A model generated the notes under the pieces. The model searched no databases. It had not been told where the DNA came from and worked only from the letters and a program-made list of their open reading frames with translations. From Thermoproteota archaeon (GTDB taxonomy: Archaea; Thermoproteota; EX4484-205; JAAOZP01), in contig JBNAVT010000035.1 of assembly GCA_049700215.1 (NCBI GenBank), positions 1,552 through 15,208 on the forward strand: a stretch of 13,657 nt of DNA, given 5' to 3'. The position numbers and the translations under genes were made by a program. Shown here piece after piece: positions 1 through 7,124 of this stretch; position 1 is the stretch's first letter; each line of letters begins with the position of its first letter.

Positions 1-522
1 GTTAAGCGGCTGATAGGCGTGTGCCCTCAGGAAACAGCCGTCTACGGTTACTTGACCGGCTTGGAGAACGTTGAGCTATTCGGGAGCCTCTACGCGATGC
101 GGGGAGACTTGCTTAAAGCCAGGCGGAAAACCCTGTTGGAGAAAATGGGGCTTGAAAAAGATGCGGAGAGAAGGGTTGAGAAATACAGCGGCGGGATGAA
201 ACGCAGGCTCAGCCTCATACTCGCGCTGGTCCACGATCCTCAGGTGGTTTTCCTGGATGAGCCGACTGTCGGTATGGATCCGCAGTCGCGCCGCGCCGTC
301 TGGGGCTTCATAAGAGGGCTCAAGGCTGAGGGGAAGACCGTCATCTTAACAACGCACTACATGGAGGAGGCTGAGGAACTGTGCGACCGCGTCGGAATAA
401 TCGACCACGGCAAGCTGATAGCCCTGGGACCCCCGAGAGAACTGATATCGGACGGCGGGGTTGGAAGCCTGGAGGAGCTGTTCATCAAGCTCACAGGAAG
501 AAGGATAAGGGAGGAGGCTTAA
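1..522 (+). CDS. ABC-2 type (DrrA-like) transporter ATP-binding protein, 5'-partial
   Basis: Frame is open from base 1 (VKRLIGVCPQE...). It contains the Q-loop PQE, signature YSGGMKRR, Walker B/D-loop VVFLDEPTVGMDP and H-switch LTTHYMEEAE. Walker A lies upstream of the window. Confidence 0.95.
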   Translation, partial: VKRLIGVCPQETAVYGYLTGLENVELFGSLYAMRGDLLKARRKTLLEKMGLEKDAERRVEKYSGGMKRRLSLILALVHDPQVVFLDEPTVGMDPQSRRAVWGFIRGLKAEGKTVILTTHYMEEAEELCDRVGIIDHGKLIALGPPRELISDGGVGSLEELFIKLTGRRIREEA

Positions 523-523
523 G

Positions 524-724
524 ATGAGGATTCAGAGGGTTCTTGCAATAGTTAGGAAGGAGGTGAGGAAGACTGTGCGCGAACCCGAGATACTATTCAT
601 GATATTCCTGTTTCCAGTGGTCTTCATGATTGCGTTCAGCACCTTCTTCGGCGGGGCTGGAGGCGAGCAGCCCATCTATGAGGTTGGAGTGGTCAACATG
701 GACGCGCGCGCGGAGACTGCTTGA
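524..724 (+). pseudogene. ABC-2 permease, N-terminal fragment only (66 aa)
   Basis: Starts 1 nt after the ATPase stop. It has the typical permease N-terminus (LAIVRKE...R..EILFMIFLFPVVFMIAFSTFFG, one TM helix, then VGVVNMD) and then stops. No continuation is recognisable downstream. Confidence 0.75.
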
Positions 725-1083
725 TGAACCCGGAGACGCTTGTGGAGGAGGCGGAAGCATCTGGGCACAGAGAAGCCTGTAAAATCCTGGAGAGAAACCC
801 GAACTACAGAATAGGGTTTGGCGTGAGAATCGAGGCCTCGGGGAACCATTCTTTCTTCATAGAGATCCTTGTCTACCTGTATCCTGCTTCAGGCAGTCTG
901 AATCTGAAGGCTCTAGGTAAATGCGTAGCCCTTCTTAAGAAGCTGGATGAGCGAGGCTATTTCCTGGCTTGCCAAGACGGAGGGTGCGTCTCCTGTGAAA
1001 AAACAGTGCCCGCAGAGAAATTGGCTGAAGAATACGCCGCTGTCAAGTCGTTGACAGAAACTGTTATTCTTAAACCTGGTTAG
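724..1083 (+). CDS. Hypothetical protein (~119 aa) with a C-x4-C-x2-C motif
   Basis: ATG at 724 overlaps the permease stop (TGATG). Composition is protein-like, with CQDGGCVSC near the C-terminus. No family recognised. Confidence 0.65.
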   Translation: MNPETLVEEAEASGHREACKILERNPNYRIGFGVRIEASGNHSFFIEILVYLYPASGSLNLKALGKCVALLKKLDERGYFLACQDGGCVSCEKTVPAEKLAEEYAAVKSLTETVILKPG

Positions 1084-1223
1084 CTTGCAAGCTGAACCAG
1101 CGAGAAGTCGTTAAGAATAATCGTGCTCTTTCTTTGAAAAAGGTTTGGCAAGAGAATGAGGGAGGCTGCCGCAGCCGTGGCGGCGGCTCCTATTATGACG
1201 GCAATGATAATGCCCTTAGGCAT
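1080..1223 (-). CDS. Small single-TM or signal-peptide protein, 47 aa (MPKGIIIAVIIGAAATAAAASLILLPNLFQRKSTIILNDFSLVQLAS)
   Basis: Translated by hand; below the ORF-track cutoff. ATG at 1223, TAA at 1080-1082, basic N-terminus followed by a ~21-residue hydrophobic run. TTATATAA lies ~27 nt upstream. Confidence 0.5.
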   Translation of the reverse strand: MPKGIIIAVIIGAAATAAAASLILLPNLFQRKSTIILNDFSLVQLAS

Positions 1224-1249
1224 TTCTATCCATCCTATGAGCGCGCGCG

Positions 1250-1266
1250 TTATATAAGGATTTGCT
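1250..1266 (-). promoter_or_regulatory. Archaeal TATA box TTATATAA (1250-1257) with a weak BRE-like upstream sequence
   Basis: Consensus TATA at promoter spacing from the 1223 ATG. Confidence 0.55.
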
Positions 1267-1377
1267 CTAAGATGCTTAAGCCAGCATCCTGTTAGCCGAT
1301 AATCCTCGAGGCTTAAACGTGCGAAAGCGGTTTACGAGTATTCTTCAAATCTTTTCAACACTCGGTTGTATTTTCGA

Positions 1378-3255
1378 CTACGTTACTAGGCCTGCTTCCC
1401 TAAGCTTGGCCTCCACATCCGTCAGGCCGAGTCTCCGCAGGGTTTTCGGCGTCGGCACACCGTTCTCATCCCAGCCTACAGCCTTGAAGTATTCAAGCCT
1501 CTCCTTTTCAAACCTTTTCCTCCTGAGCCTCCTGCCCTTGAACGGTCCTGAGGGCAAAGGCTCCCAGAACCTCGGCGGATTATCATCGTCTTCAAGAGGC
1601 CTCCACTTGAAGTCGGGGCCGCCTAGGAGCAGCATTGCTCTTTGAAGCTGGAGTATTCTCAACGCTTTCTCCCCGTACCATTCTCTAAGCGTCATCCTCC
1701 AGCCTGTTACAGCCTCGTAGAAGCCCAGGATCTCCCTGTCCGTTGGGCCGAAGGCTGCGAACATGCAGTATACTCCGCTGTCAGGCAGTATTGATGAGAG
1801 CTCGCCCCTGTCGCCCTTGCGCATTGGTGATGCTGGCGAAGTATGGTCTCCCGCTTGAACAGAACAGGCGTAGGCGATGCTGCTTGAAATATAGTCTCGC
1901 CCGCTTCTGACGCCGTGCGCCCCTATTGCCATGCCCTTCTCCTGGACAGCGTACTTAAGCAGGTTCACGCGCTTCTTCTCGCCGAGCTTGACGGCCGCGC
2001 GGTAAACCCCTTCAGCCAGAATGTCGCCAATACCTTGGCGGAAAGCCGTTTTCTCAGCGAGGGCTGCGAAGCCCCTTGGGTCGCCCCATTTAAGCTCCAA
2101 TCCGTCAAGGTCTTTCCTTGAAAGTATTTTCCTCTGGTAGAGCTCGGTTGCGAAGCCTAGGACCGCGCCGCCCTGTATTCCGCAGAGGCCGAGCTCGTTG
2201 ATAACGTAGGAAACGTAAATGTTGTGCTCAGGATTGAATATTCCGAGGTTTGTCCCAACGTATGCTTCAAGCTCGTAATCCGGGTTGTCGCAAACAGCCC
2301 CCCTGTACCTTCCTTTTCCAAGCACCGCGAGCTTGAGACAGGTCATTGCGCAGCCGAAGTCGCCCCAGTTCTTCTTAACCCAGTGCTTGTCGAACTCCTC
2401 CCTCCTGTAGCTCCTCCTGTTATGCCACTCTGTCTGCCAGTTTCTAACAGGCTCAGAGCTTGTTTCAGCGCCGAACGAGTAGCCTCCGCCCCCGGTTCCC
2501 CAGCGTCTGAACCAAACGTTTTCCAAGCAGTCCTCGGCGAACCTGCGGGCTAGGCGGAGCATCCTCTCAGCATCGTGAACATCCGGCAGTGGGCCGAAGC
2601 CTTTTGCAACGATCGCCTTAAGGTTCTTAGAGCCCATTACGCCGCCGTAGCCGCCGTAGCCGGCTGCATGCGAATACTTTGACATGACTGCTGCGATCCT
2701 GCCCCTGTTCTCCCCAGCCGGCCCAATGTATAGGATTGAAGGCTCCTTCGCCTCCCCGTAGCGCGTCCTGATTCTGGCAACATCTTCCCTGGATTTTCTC
2801 ACTAGGAAGCGCAGGGTCTCCCTTGCGGCAGCACCCCAGACTGGTGAAGCATCCTTTATCTCAACATGGTTGTCGCATACGAACAGGTAGCAGGGCTTCT
2901 CCGCCCTCCCGGTCACCATGATGCCGTCGTAGCCGGCGCACTTCAAGTCGACTCCGAACTCGCCTGCGACTGTTGAGCCTACTAGACTGTTGCTCTGCGG
3001 AGACTTTCCGGAGACACAGACCTTCGTCCCCGGATAGTAGCCTGTCAACGGGCCTGTTAACACGAGCAGAATGTTCTCCGGGCCGAGTGGGTCAACCGTC
3101 TCCCATTTAGCGCCAAGCCTGCCCCAAGCCATCTTCGCCGCCAAGCCTCTTCCGCCGACATAGTTCTTCAAATCCTCCTCCGGAACCCTGGTCTCCCTTA
3201 TGCTCCCGCTGGAAAGGTCGACGTCTAACAGTCTGCCAGCGTAGCCCCTCATCAT
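1378..3255 (-). CDS. Tungsten-containing aldehyde:ferredoxin oxidoreductase family, WOR5-like large subunit
   Basis: AOR-family motifs GGRGLAA, DPLGPEN, KSPQ, AGYD, IGPAGEN and GVMGSKNLKAI. Segments HAAGYGGYG, WGTGGGGYS, SSEPVRNWQ, GDHTS and DDDNPPRFWEPLPSGP match my recollection of Pyrococcus furiosus WOR5. Start is at 3255 or 3252. Confidence 0.92.
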   Translation of the reverse strand: MMRGYAGRLLDVDLSSGSIRETRVPEEDLKNYVGGRGLAAKMAWGRLGAKWETVDPLGPENILLVLTGPLTGYYPGTKVCVSGKSPQSNSLVGSTVAGEFGVDLKCAGYDGIMVTGRAEKPCYLFVCDNHVEIKDASPVWGAAARETLRFLVRKSREDVARIRTRYGEAKEPSILYIGPAGENRGRIAAVMSKYSHAAGYGGYGGVMGSKNLKAIVAKGFGPLPDVHDAERMLRLARRFAEDCLENVWFRRWGTGGGGYSFGAETSSEPVRNWQTEWHNRRSYRREEFDKHWVKKNWGDFGCAMTCLKLAVLGKGRYRGAVCDNPDYELEAYVGTNLGIFNPEHNIYVSYVINELGLCGIQGGAVLGFATELYQRKILSRKDLDGLELKWGDPRGFAALAEKTAFRQGIGDILAEGVYRAAVKLGEKKRVNLLKYAVQEKGMAIGAHGVRSGRDYISSSIAYACSVQAGDHTSPASPMRKGDRGELSSILPDSGVYCMFAAFGPTDREILGFYEAVTGWRMTLREWYGEKALRILQLQRAMLLLGGPDFKWRPLEDDDNPPRFWEPLPSGPFKGRRLRRKRFEKERLEYFKAVGWDENGVPTPKTLRRLGLTDVEAKLREAGLVT

Positions 3256-3785
3256 CCCAGAGCCTCCTTTAAAACCTTCTCCCCAAGGATTTTCAAAGCC
3301 GTGTCGCGAGTAAGCTCCTCAGGAGTCTTCGCCAGAGACCTGCGCGAAGCCACGCTGCCCGCGGTAACTAGCTCGAGAGCACCCCACTTGCCCGCTACGC
3401 ATTCCTTGACGCAGGCTGGGTCGCCGCCGCAAAGATTGCAGATCACGATAGTGTTCCTCCCGGGATGCAGGTGGGGAACCCTCCCGGGGCAGGCGTCCAC
3501 GCACAGGCTGCACCCGGTGCATCTAGAGGAGTCGGCTTCAACAGCGCCGGTTCGACTGTTAACCGAGAGCGCCCCGGCTGGACATGCTTCGACGCAGGGA
3601 TAGTCCTCGCACTGGAAGCAGAGATGTGGTATCTCAACCCCCGGGATAAGCATGAAAACCCTTATCCTAGAGGCCTCCGGCCAGATCCGTTCCTCATGGT
3701 GGAGCGAGCAGGCGATTTCACACCTTCTGCAGCCGCTGCAGTTCTCATAGTTCCGCCTGATCCAGACCCCGTCTTCCCCAGCCAA
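3252..3785 (-). CDS. 4x[4Fe-4S] electron-transfer subunit (DmsB/NrfC-like; WOR5 small-subunit-like)
   Basis: Four Cys groups: CSGCRRCEIAC, CFQCEDYPCVEACP, CTGCSLCVDACP and CNLCGGDPACVKEC. The stop overlaps the WOR start (ATGA). TTG at 3785 is preferred over GTG at 3854 because the extension runs through a T8/promoter-like tract. Confidence 0.9.
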   Translation of the reverse strand: MAGEDGVWIRRNYENCSGCRRCEIACSLHHEERIWPEASRIRVFMLIPGVEIPHLCFQCEDYPCVEACPAGALSVNSRTGAVEADSSRCTGCSLCVDACPGRVPHLHPGRNTIVICNLCGGDPACVKECVAGKWGALELVTAGSVASRRSLAKTPEELTRDTALKILGEKVLKEALG

Positions 3786-3808
3786 CGGTTTTAAAGGTGT
3801 TTCCGTGG

Positions 3809-3826
3809 AGAAAAAAAACTTTCGGC
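3809..3826 (-). promoter_or_regulatory. CCGAAAG-TTTTTTTT element: oligo-T terminator for acd-DRTGG and/or BRE plus T-rich box for the FeS-WOR pair
   Basis: A8 at 3811-3818 on the plus strand, ~43 nt after the DRTGG stop and 25 nt before the TTG at 3785. Its role is ambiguous. Confidence 0.4.
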
Positions 3827-3860
3827 TTGGAAAACCGCTCCTCCTAAAGACCACCTGGGT

Positions 3861-4931
3861 TTAAAAACTCAGGATCTTCTCCCAGTCAACGTTCTCATGA
3901 ACCAGCTTCCTGGCCGCGGCGATGCGCGTCTTGTCCCCCGGCCTTATTCTACCAACTATTTTCTGAATCATCTGCAGGGTGGTGTAAGTATCCTGGGGCA
4001 CTACGATCATGGGGATCTTAAGCTCATCCGCCCTAGGCAGTACTTTAACGCTTGGGCGCAGGTTTCCAGTCAGGATTATGCCGGAGGCTCCTGCTTCAAG
4101 CGCCGCCAGCACTATGTCCGTCCTATCGCCCCCGGTTATTATAAGCTCGTTCCTAACTCTTCTAAAATACTGTATGGCGCTTTCAGGAGTCATAGCGCCT
4201 ATTAAAACGGTTTCAACAGGGTTCTCAAGCCCTCTTTTCCCGGCGATGAGCTCGCCGCCTATGGACTCGTAAACCTCTCTTACCGTGAGGGAGCTGAGCA
4301 CCCTGTCCTCAGGCATGATCCCCAGGGTTTTCAAGCCTTCTTTCTCAAGCATTGGTTTCACGGTTTCTCTCGCAATCTTAAACCTGTTTTCCTCAACACG
4401 GTTTAGAACGACGCCTGACACCTTGACCCCCCAGTGTTCACAGTAGTCCCTCGCGTGAAGAGCCTCGTCGACGACGAAGTCGCCCTCGCATCTCAACACT
4501 ATGATGAGCTCAGCGTTGAAAAGCTTGGCGAGCCGCGGAGCCTGGCAGCCTAGGAAGGAGCCTGTTGAAAGCGTTTGAGCCCCCTCGATCAGCATCAGAT
4601 CCTTTTCAGCAGAAGCGTCCTTGTAAGACTCTAGGATGCTGTCTCTGAGACGCGAAGCGTCTTTGCTCAGGAAGTAGTCGAGGAAGCTTCCCCCGCATAT
4701 TTTGAACGGGCATAATTCTAGGCTTGTCTTCAGCCCGAGGATTTCCCTCATGGTTTCAGCATCCTCGTCCACAAGCTCGCCCCTAGGGTTCGGCACGCAG
4801 AACCCGCTGATAGGTTTGAAATAGCCTACTCGCAGCCCCTTCTCCAACGCCAGCTGCGCCAGCGAGATTATCAGCGTGCTCTTCCCCGCCAGCCTGCTCG
4901 GCGAAGCCACGTATAATGCTTGCCTCCTCAT
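3861..4931 (-). CDS. BioD-like (AAA_26) plus DRTGG domain protein, resembling the Pta N-terminus but with no Pta catalytic domain
   Basis: P-loop-like AGKST, GYFKP, LIEGA, GVVLNRV and LIITGGDRTDI. 356 aa, with an ATGA overlap with the upstream ACD. Confidence 0.9.
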   Translation of the reverse strand: MRRQALYVASPSRLAGKSTLIISLAQLALEKGLRVGYFKPISGFCVPNPRGELVDEDAETMREILGLKTSLELCPFKICGGSFLDYFLSKDASRLRDSILESYKDASAEKDLMLIEGAQTLSTGSFLGCQAPRLAKLFNAELIIVLRCEGDFVVDEALHARDYCEHWGVKVSGVVLNRVEENRFKIARETVKPMLEKEGLKTLGIMPEDRVLSSLTVREVYESIGGELIAGKRGLENPVETVLIGAMTPESAIQYFRRVRNELIITGGDRTDIVLAALEAGASGIILTGNLRPSVKVLPRADELKIPMIVVPQDTYTTLQMIQKIVGRIRPGDKTRIAAARKLVHENVDWEKILSF

Positions 4932-7048
4932 GTCTCAGCCTCACCCTTAGGCTTGGAAAGCGTTCCTCTTATATCTACTGCCATACACCCCTTCCCCTCC
5001 TCGTAGGCGAACAGGGGGTTTATTTCCATTTCCACCAGTTTCTTGAAGCGGCACATTAACTGGGAAAGCCTCACAACCACGTTTAAAACCGACTCCAGGT
5101 CCGCCGGAGGCTCGCCCCTAACGCCCTTGAGCAGGGTGTAAGCCTTAGTCTCGGAAACCATCTCCGTAGCCTCGGTGAAAGTAAGCGGCGCCAGCCTGTA
5201 TGAAACATCCCTCAGGAAGTTTACGTATATTCCTCCTAGGCCGAACATCACCAGGGGGCCGAACTGCGGGTCTCTGACAGAGCCCACTATAACCTCCCTG
5301 CCGGGCGGCGCCATTTTCTGGATGAGCGCGCCCAGGATTCTCGCCTGCGGCATTGCTGCCCTAGCCCTTCTCGTCACCAGCTCGTAAGCCCCGCCCGCCT
5401 CCTCAGGCGTTTTAACGTTAAGGATTACGCAGCCCATATCCGTCTTGTGCAGAATATCTGGGGAGACTATTTTCACCGCAACCGGGCAGCCTATGGATTC
5501 AGCTATTTCACGGGCCTCCGCAGCGTCCCTAGCTATCCTGGCCTCTGGAACAGGAATCCTGTATGCTGAAGCTATTTCGAAAGCCTCTTCTGAGGAGAGG
5601 TTGATTCTTCCCTCAGCCTCAACCCTTGCTATCACCCTCGCCACAGCATCGTCATCCACGTCAGCCAGGTTTACAGCATGCTCCTCAGGCTTGCTGAGCA
5701 TCAGGCTGTAGTCGTACATTCCCTTAAGCGCGAAGGCCGCGGGCTCCGGGAAATCGTAGTTGGGAATCTTCCCCTCTCTCAGGATCCTTATCGGTTGAGA
5801 CTCGTTGTCGAACCCCATGAAGACCGCTGCAACAGGCTTCTCAAACCTTCTCCCCGTCTCCACAACGACGCGCGCAACCTCCTCGGAGGGGGTCATAGCC
5901 TGCGGCGTCAGTATGACGATCACGCTGTGCACGTTGCCGCTGCTTAAAGCAGCCTCAAGCGCAATCCTGTAGCGCTTCTCGTCAGCGTCCCCAAGCACGT
6001 CCAGAGGATTGTTGACGCTAGCATGAGGCGGAAGCAGGCTGCTAAGCCTCTCCCTGAGATCCTGCTCCAGCAGGGGCAGGTCTAAACCCATTTTCTCGCA
6101 AGCGTCTACGGCAAGTATCCCGGGCCCGCCGCCGTTCGTAACCACCATGACGCCGCTCCCCCTTGGCAGAGGCTGGTCCTCGAAAGCTGAAAGAAGGTCG
6201 AAAAACTCTTTCATCGTGCCCGCCCTCAGGACACCAGCCTTCCTGAAGGCTGCTGAGAAAGCAGTGTCAGACCCTGCCAGCGAACCCGTGTGGGAGGAGA
6301 CTGCCCTGACACCAACCTCGGTGGTGCCGGCTTTCAAAGCAACCACCGGCTTTCTTCTCGACAGCCTCCGGGCAACGTCTATAAAACGCTCCCCGTTCTT
6401 CACGCCTTCAACATAGACCCCGACGACCCTAGTGTTCTCCTCTTCGATCAGAGCCTCGAGAAAATCGGCGGTAGTCAGGTCAGCCTCGTTGCCGACGCTT
6501 ATGAAGTTCGCGAGCCCCATTCCGCTGAGCCTCGACCAGTTTATTATCGCGCTTCCAAGAGCCCCGCTTTGAGAAACGATCGACACGCTTCCCGGCGTCG
6601 GCATGGTTGAGGCGAAGGAAACGTTCATACTGTTTCTAGAGCTTATGAAGCCGAGGCAGTTCGGGCCCTGCATCCTCATGCCGTACTCCCTGCATTTAGC
6701 GACAAGCTCTTTTTCAAGAAGCATCCCCTCCCTGCCTGTTTCACTGAAGCCCGCGGATATCACGATGAGGCCTTTCACGCCTTTCCTCCCACACTCCTCG
6801 GCGACGCTTGGAACAATCCTGGCGGGGACAGCGATAACAGCAAGGTCAACATCGTCTTCAACATCCTTAACGCTCCCGTAGCACCTGTAGCCAAGTATTT
6901 CTTGAGCGTTAGGGTTCACCGGGTAGAGCCTCCCCTTGAAGCCTGATTCAACCATGTTACGGAATATTCTGTGGCCTACTTTCCCCTCCTCCCTGCTGGC
7001 GCCTATTACCGCCACCGTTTTCGGGTTAAAGAAAGCCTCCAGCCTCAT
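4928..7048 (-). CDS. ADP-forming acetate/acyl-CoA ligase (ACD), fused alpha-beta
   Basis: CoA-binding N-terminus (AVIGAS, YPVNP, ISAGFSE, GPNCLG), SQSGA, phospho-His motif SSHTGSLAG, TNGGGPG, NNPLD, and an ATP-grasp beta domain with KIVSPDILHKTD, DPQFGP and EINP. Confidence 0.95.
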   Translation of the reverse strand: MRLEAFFNPKTVAVIGASREEGKVGHRIFRNMVESGFKGRLYPVNPNAQEILGYRCYGSVKDVEDDVDLAVIAVPARIVPSVAEECGRKGVKGLIVISAGFSETGREGMLLEKELVAKCREYGMRMQGPNCLGFISSRNSMNVSFASTMPTPGSVSIVSQSGALGSAIINWSRLSGMGLANFISVGNEADLTTADFLEALIEEENTRVVGVYVEGVKNGERFIDVARRLSRRKPVVALKAGTTEVGVRAVSSHTGSLAGSDTAFSAAFRKAGVLRAGTMKEFFDLLSAFEDQPLPRGSGVMVVTNGGGPGILAVDACEKMGLDLPLLEQDLRERLSSLLPPHASVNNPLDVLGDADEKRYRIALEAALSSGNVHSVIVILTPQAMTPSEEVARVVVETGRRFEKPVAAVFMGFDNESQPIRILREGKIPNYDFPEPAAFALKGMYDYSLMLSKPEEHAVNLADVDDDAVARVIARVEAEGRINLSSEEAFEIASAYRIPVPEARIARDAAEAREIAESIGCPVAVKIVSPDILHKTDMGCVILNVKTPEEAGGAYELVTRRARAAMPQARILGALIQKMAPPGREVIVGSVRDPQFGPLVMFGLGGIYVNFLRDVSYRLAPLTFTEATEMVSETKAYTLLKGVRGEPPADLESVLNVVVRLSQLMCRFKKLVEMEINPLFAYEEGKGCMAVDIRGTLSKPKGEAET

Positions 7049-7092
7049 TGCGAATCATCGATGCAGACTGCCCCTACTCGCCTGCAACTATG

Positions 7093-7100
7093 TTTATAAA
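7093..7100. promoter_or_regulatory. Palindromic TATA box TTTATAAA in the short divergent intergenic region
   Basis: 24 nt before ATG 7125 (+) and 44 nt before ATG 7048 (-). Confidence 0.6.
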
Positions 7101-7124
7101 CTTGCAGCCTTGAGAATGCTCCGG

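Larger units (their letters stand above)
702..1250. repeat. 10-bp perfect inverted repeat: ACGCGCGCGC (702-711) / GCGCGCGCGT (1241-1250)
   Basis: Read directly from the sequence. These are the two longest alternating CG tracts I noticed in the window. Confidence 0.55.

Noticed and set aside
2637-2662. Short tandem GCCGCCGTA repeat
   Set aside because: It encodes the conserved GYGGYGG motif of the WOR protein.
3861-4931. Phosphotransacetylase (pta) or dethiobiotin synthase call
   Set aside because: The Pta catalytic domain is absent, and the DRTGG extension and ACD coupling argue against BioD.
1319-6881. Numerous short plus-strand ORFs in the track
   Set aside because: They are antisense shadows of well-supported genes with no recognisable motifs. 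The same holds for the shadow ORFs between 7722 and 13357.
4928-7048. Annotation of the ACD as a Pat/PatZ acetyltransferase
   Set aside because: It has no GNAT domain of its own and keeps both catalytic His motifs (SHTG, HKTD).
6936-7124. N-terminal extension of the CoA-transferase ORF
   Set aside because: It overlaps the opposite-strand acd start and the TATA box. The same reasoning applies to the extensions at 9346-9525, 11672-11737 and 3786-3854.
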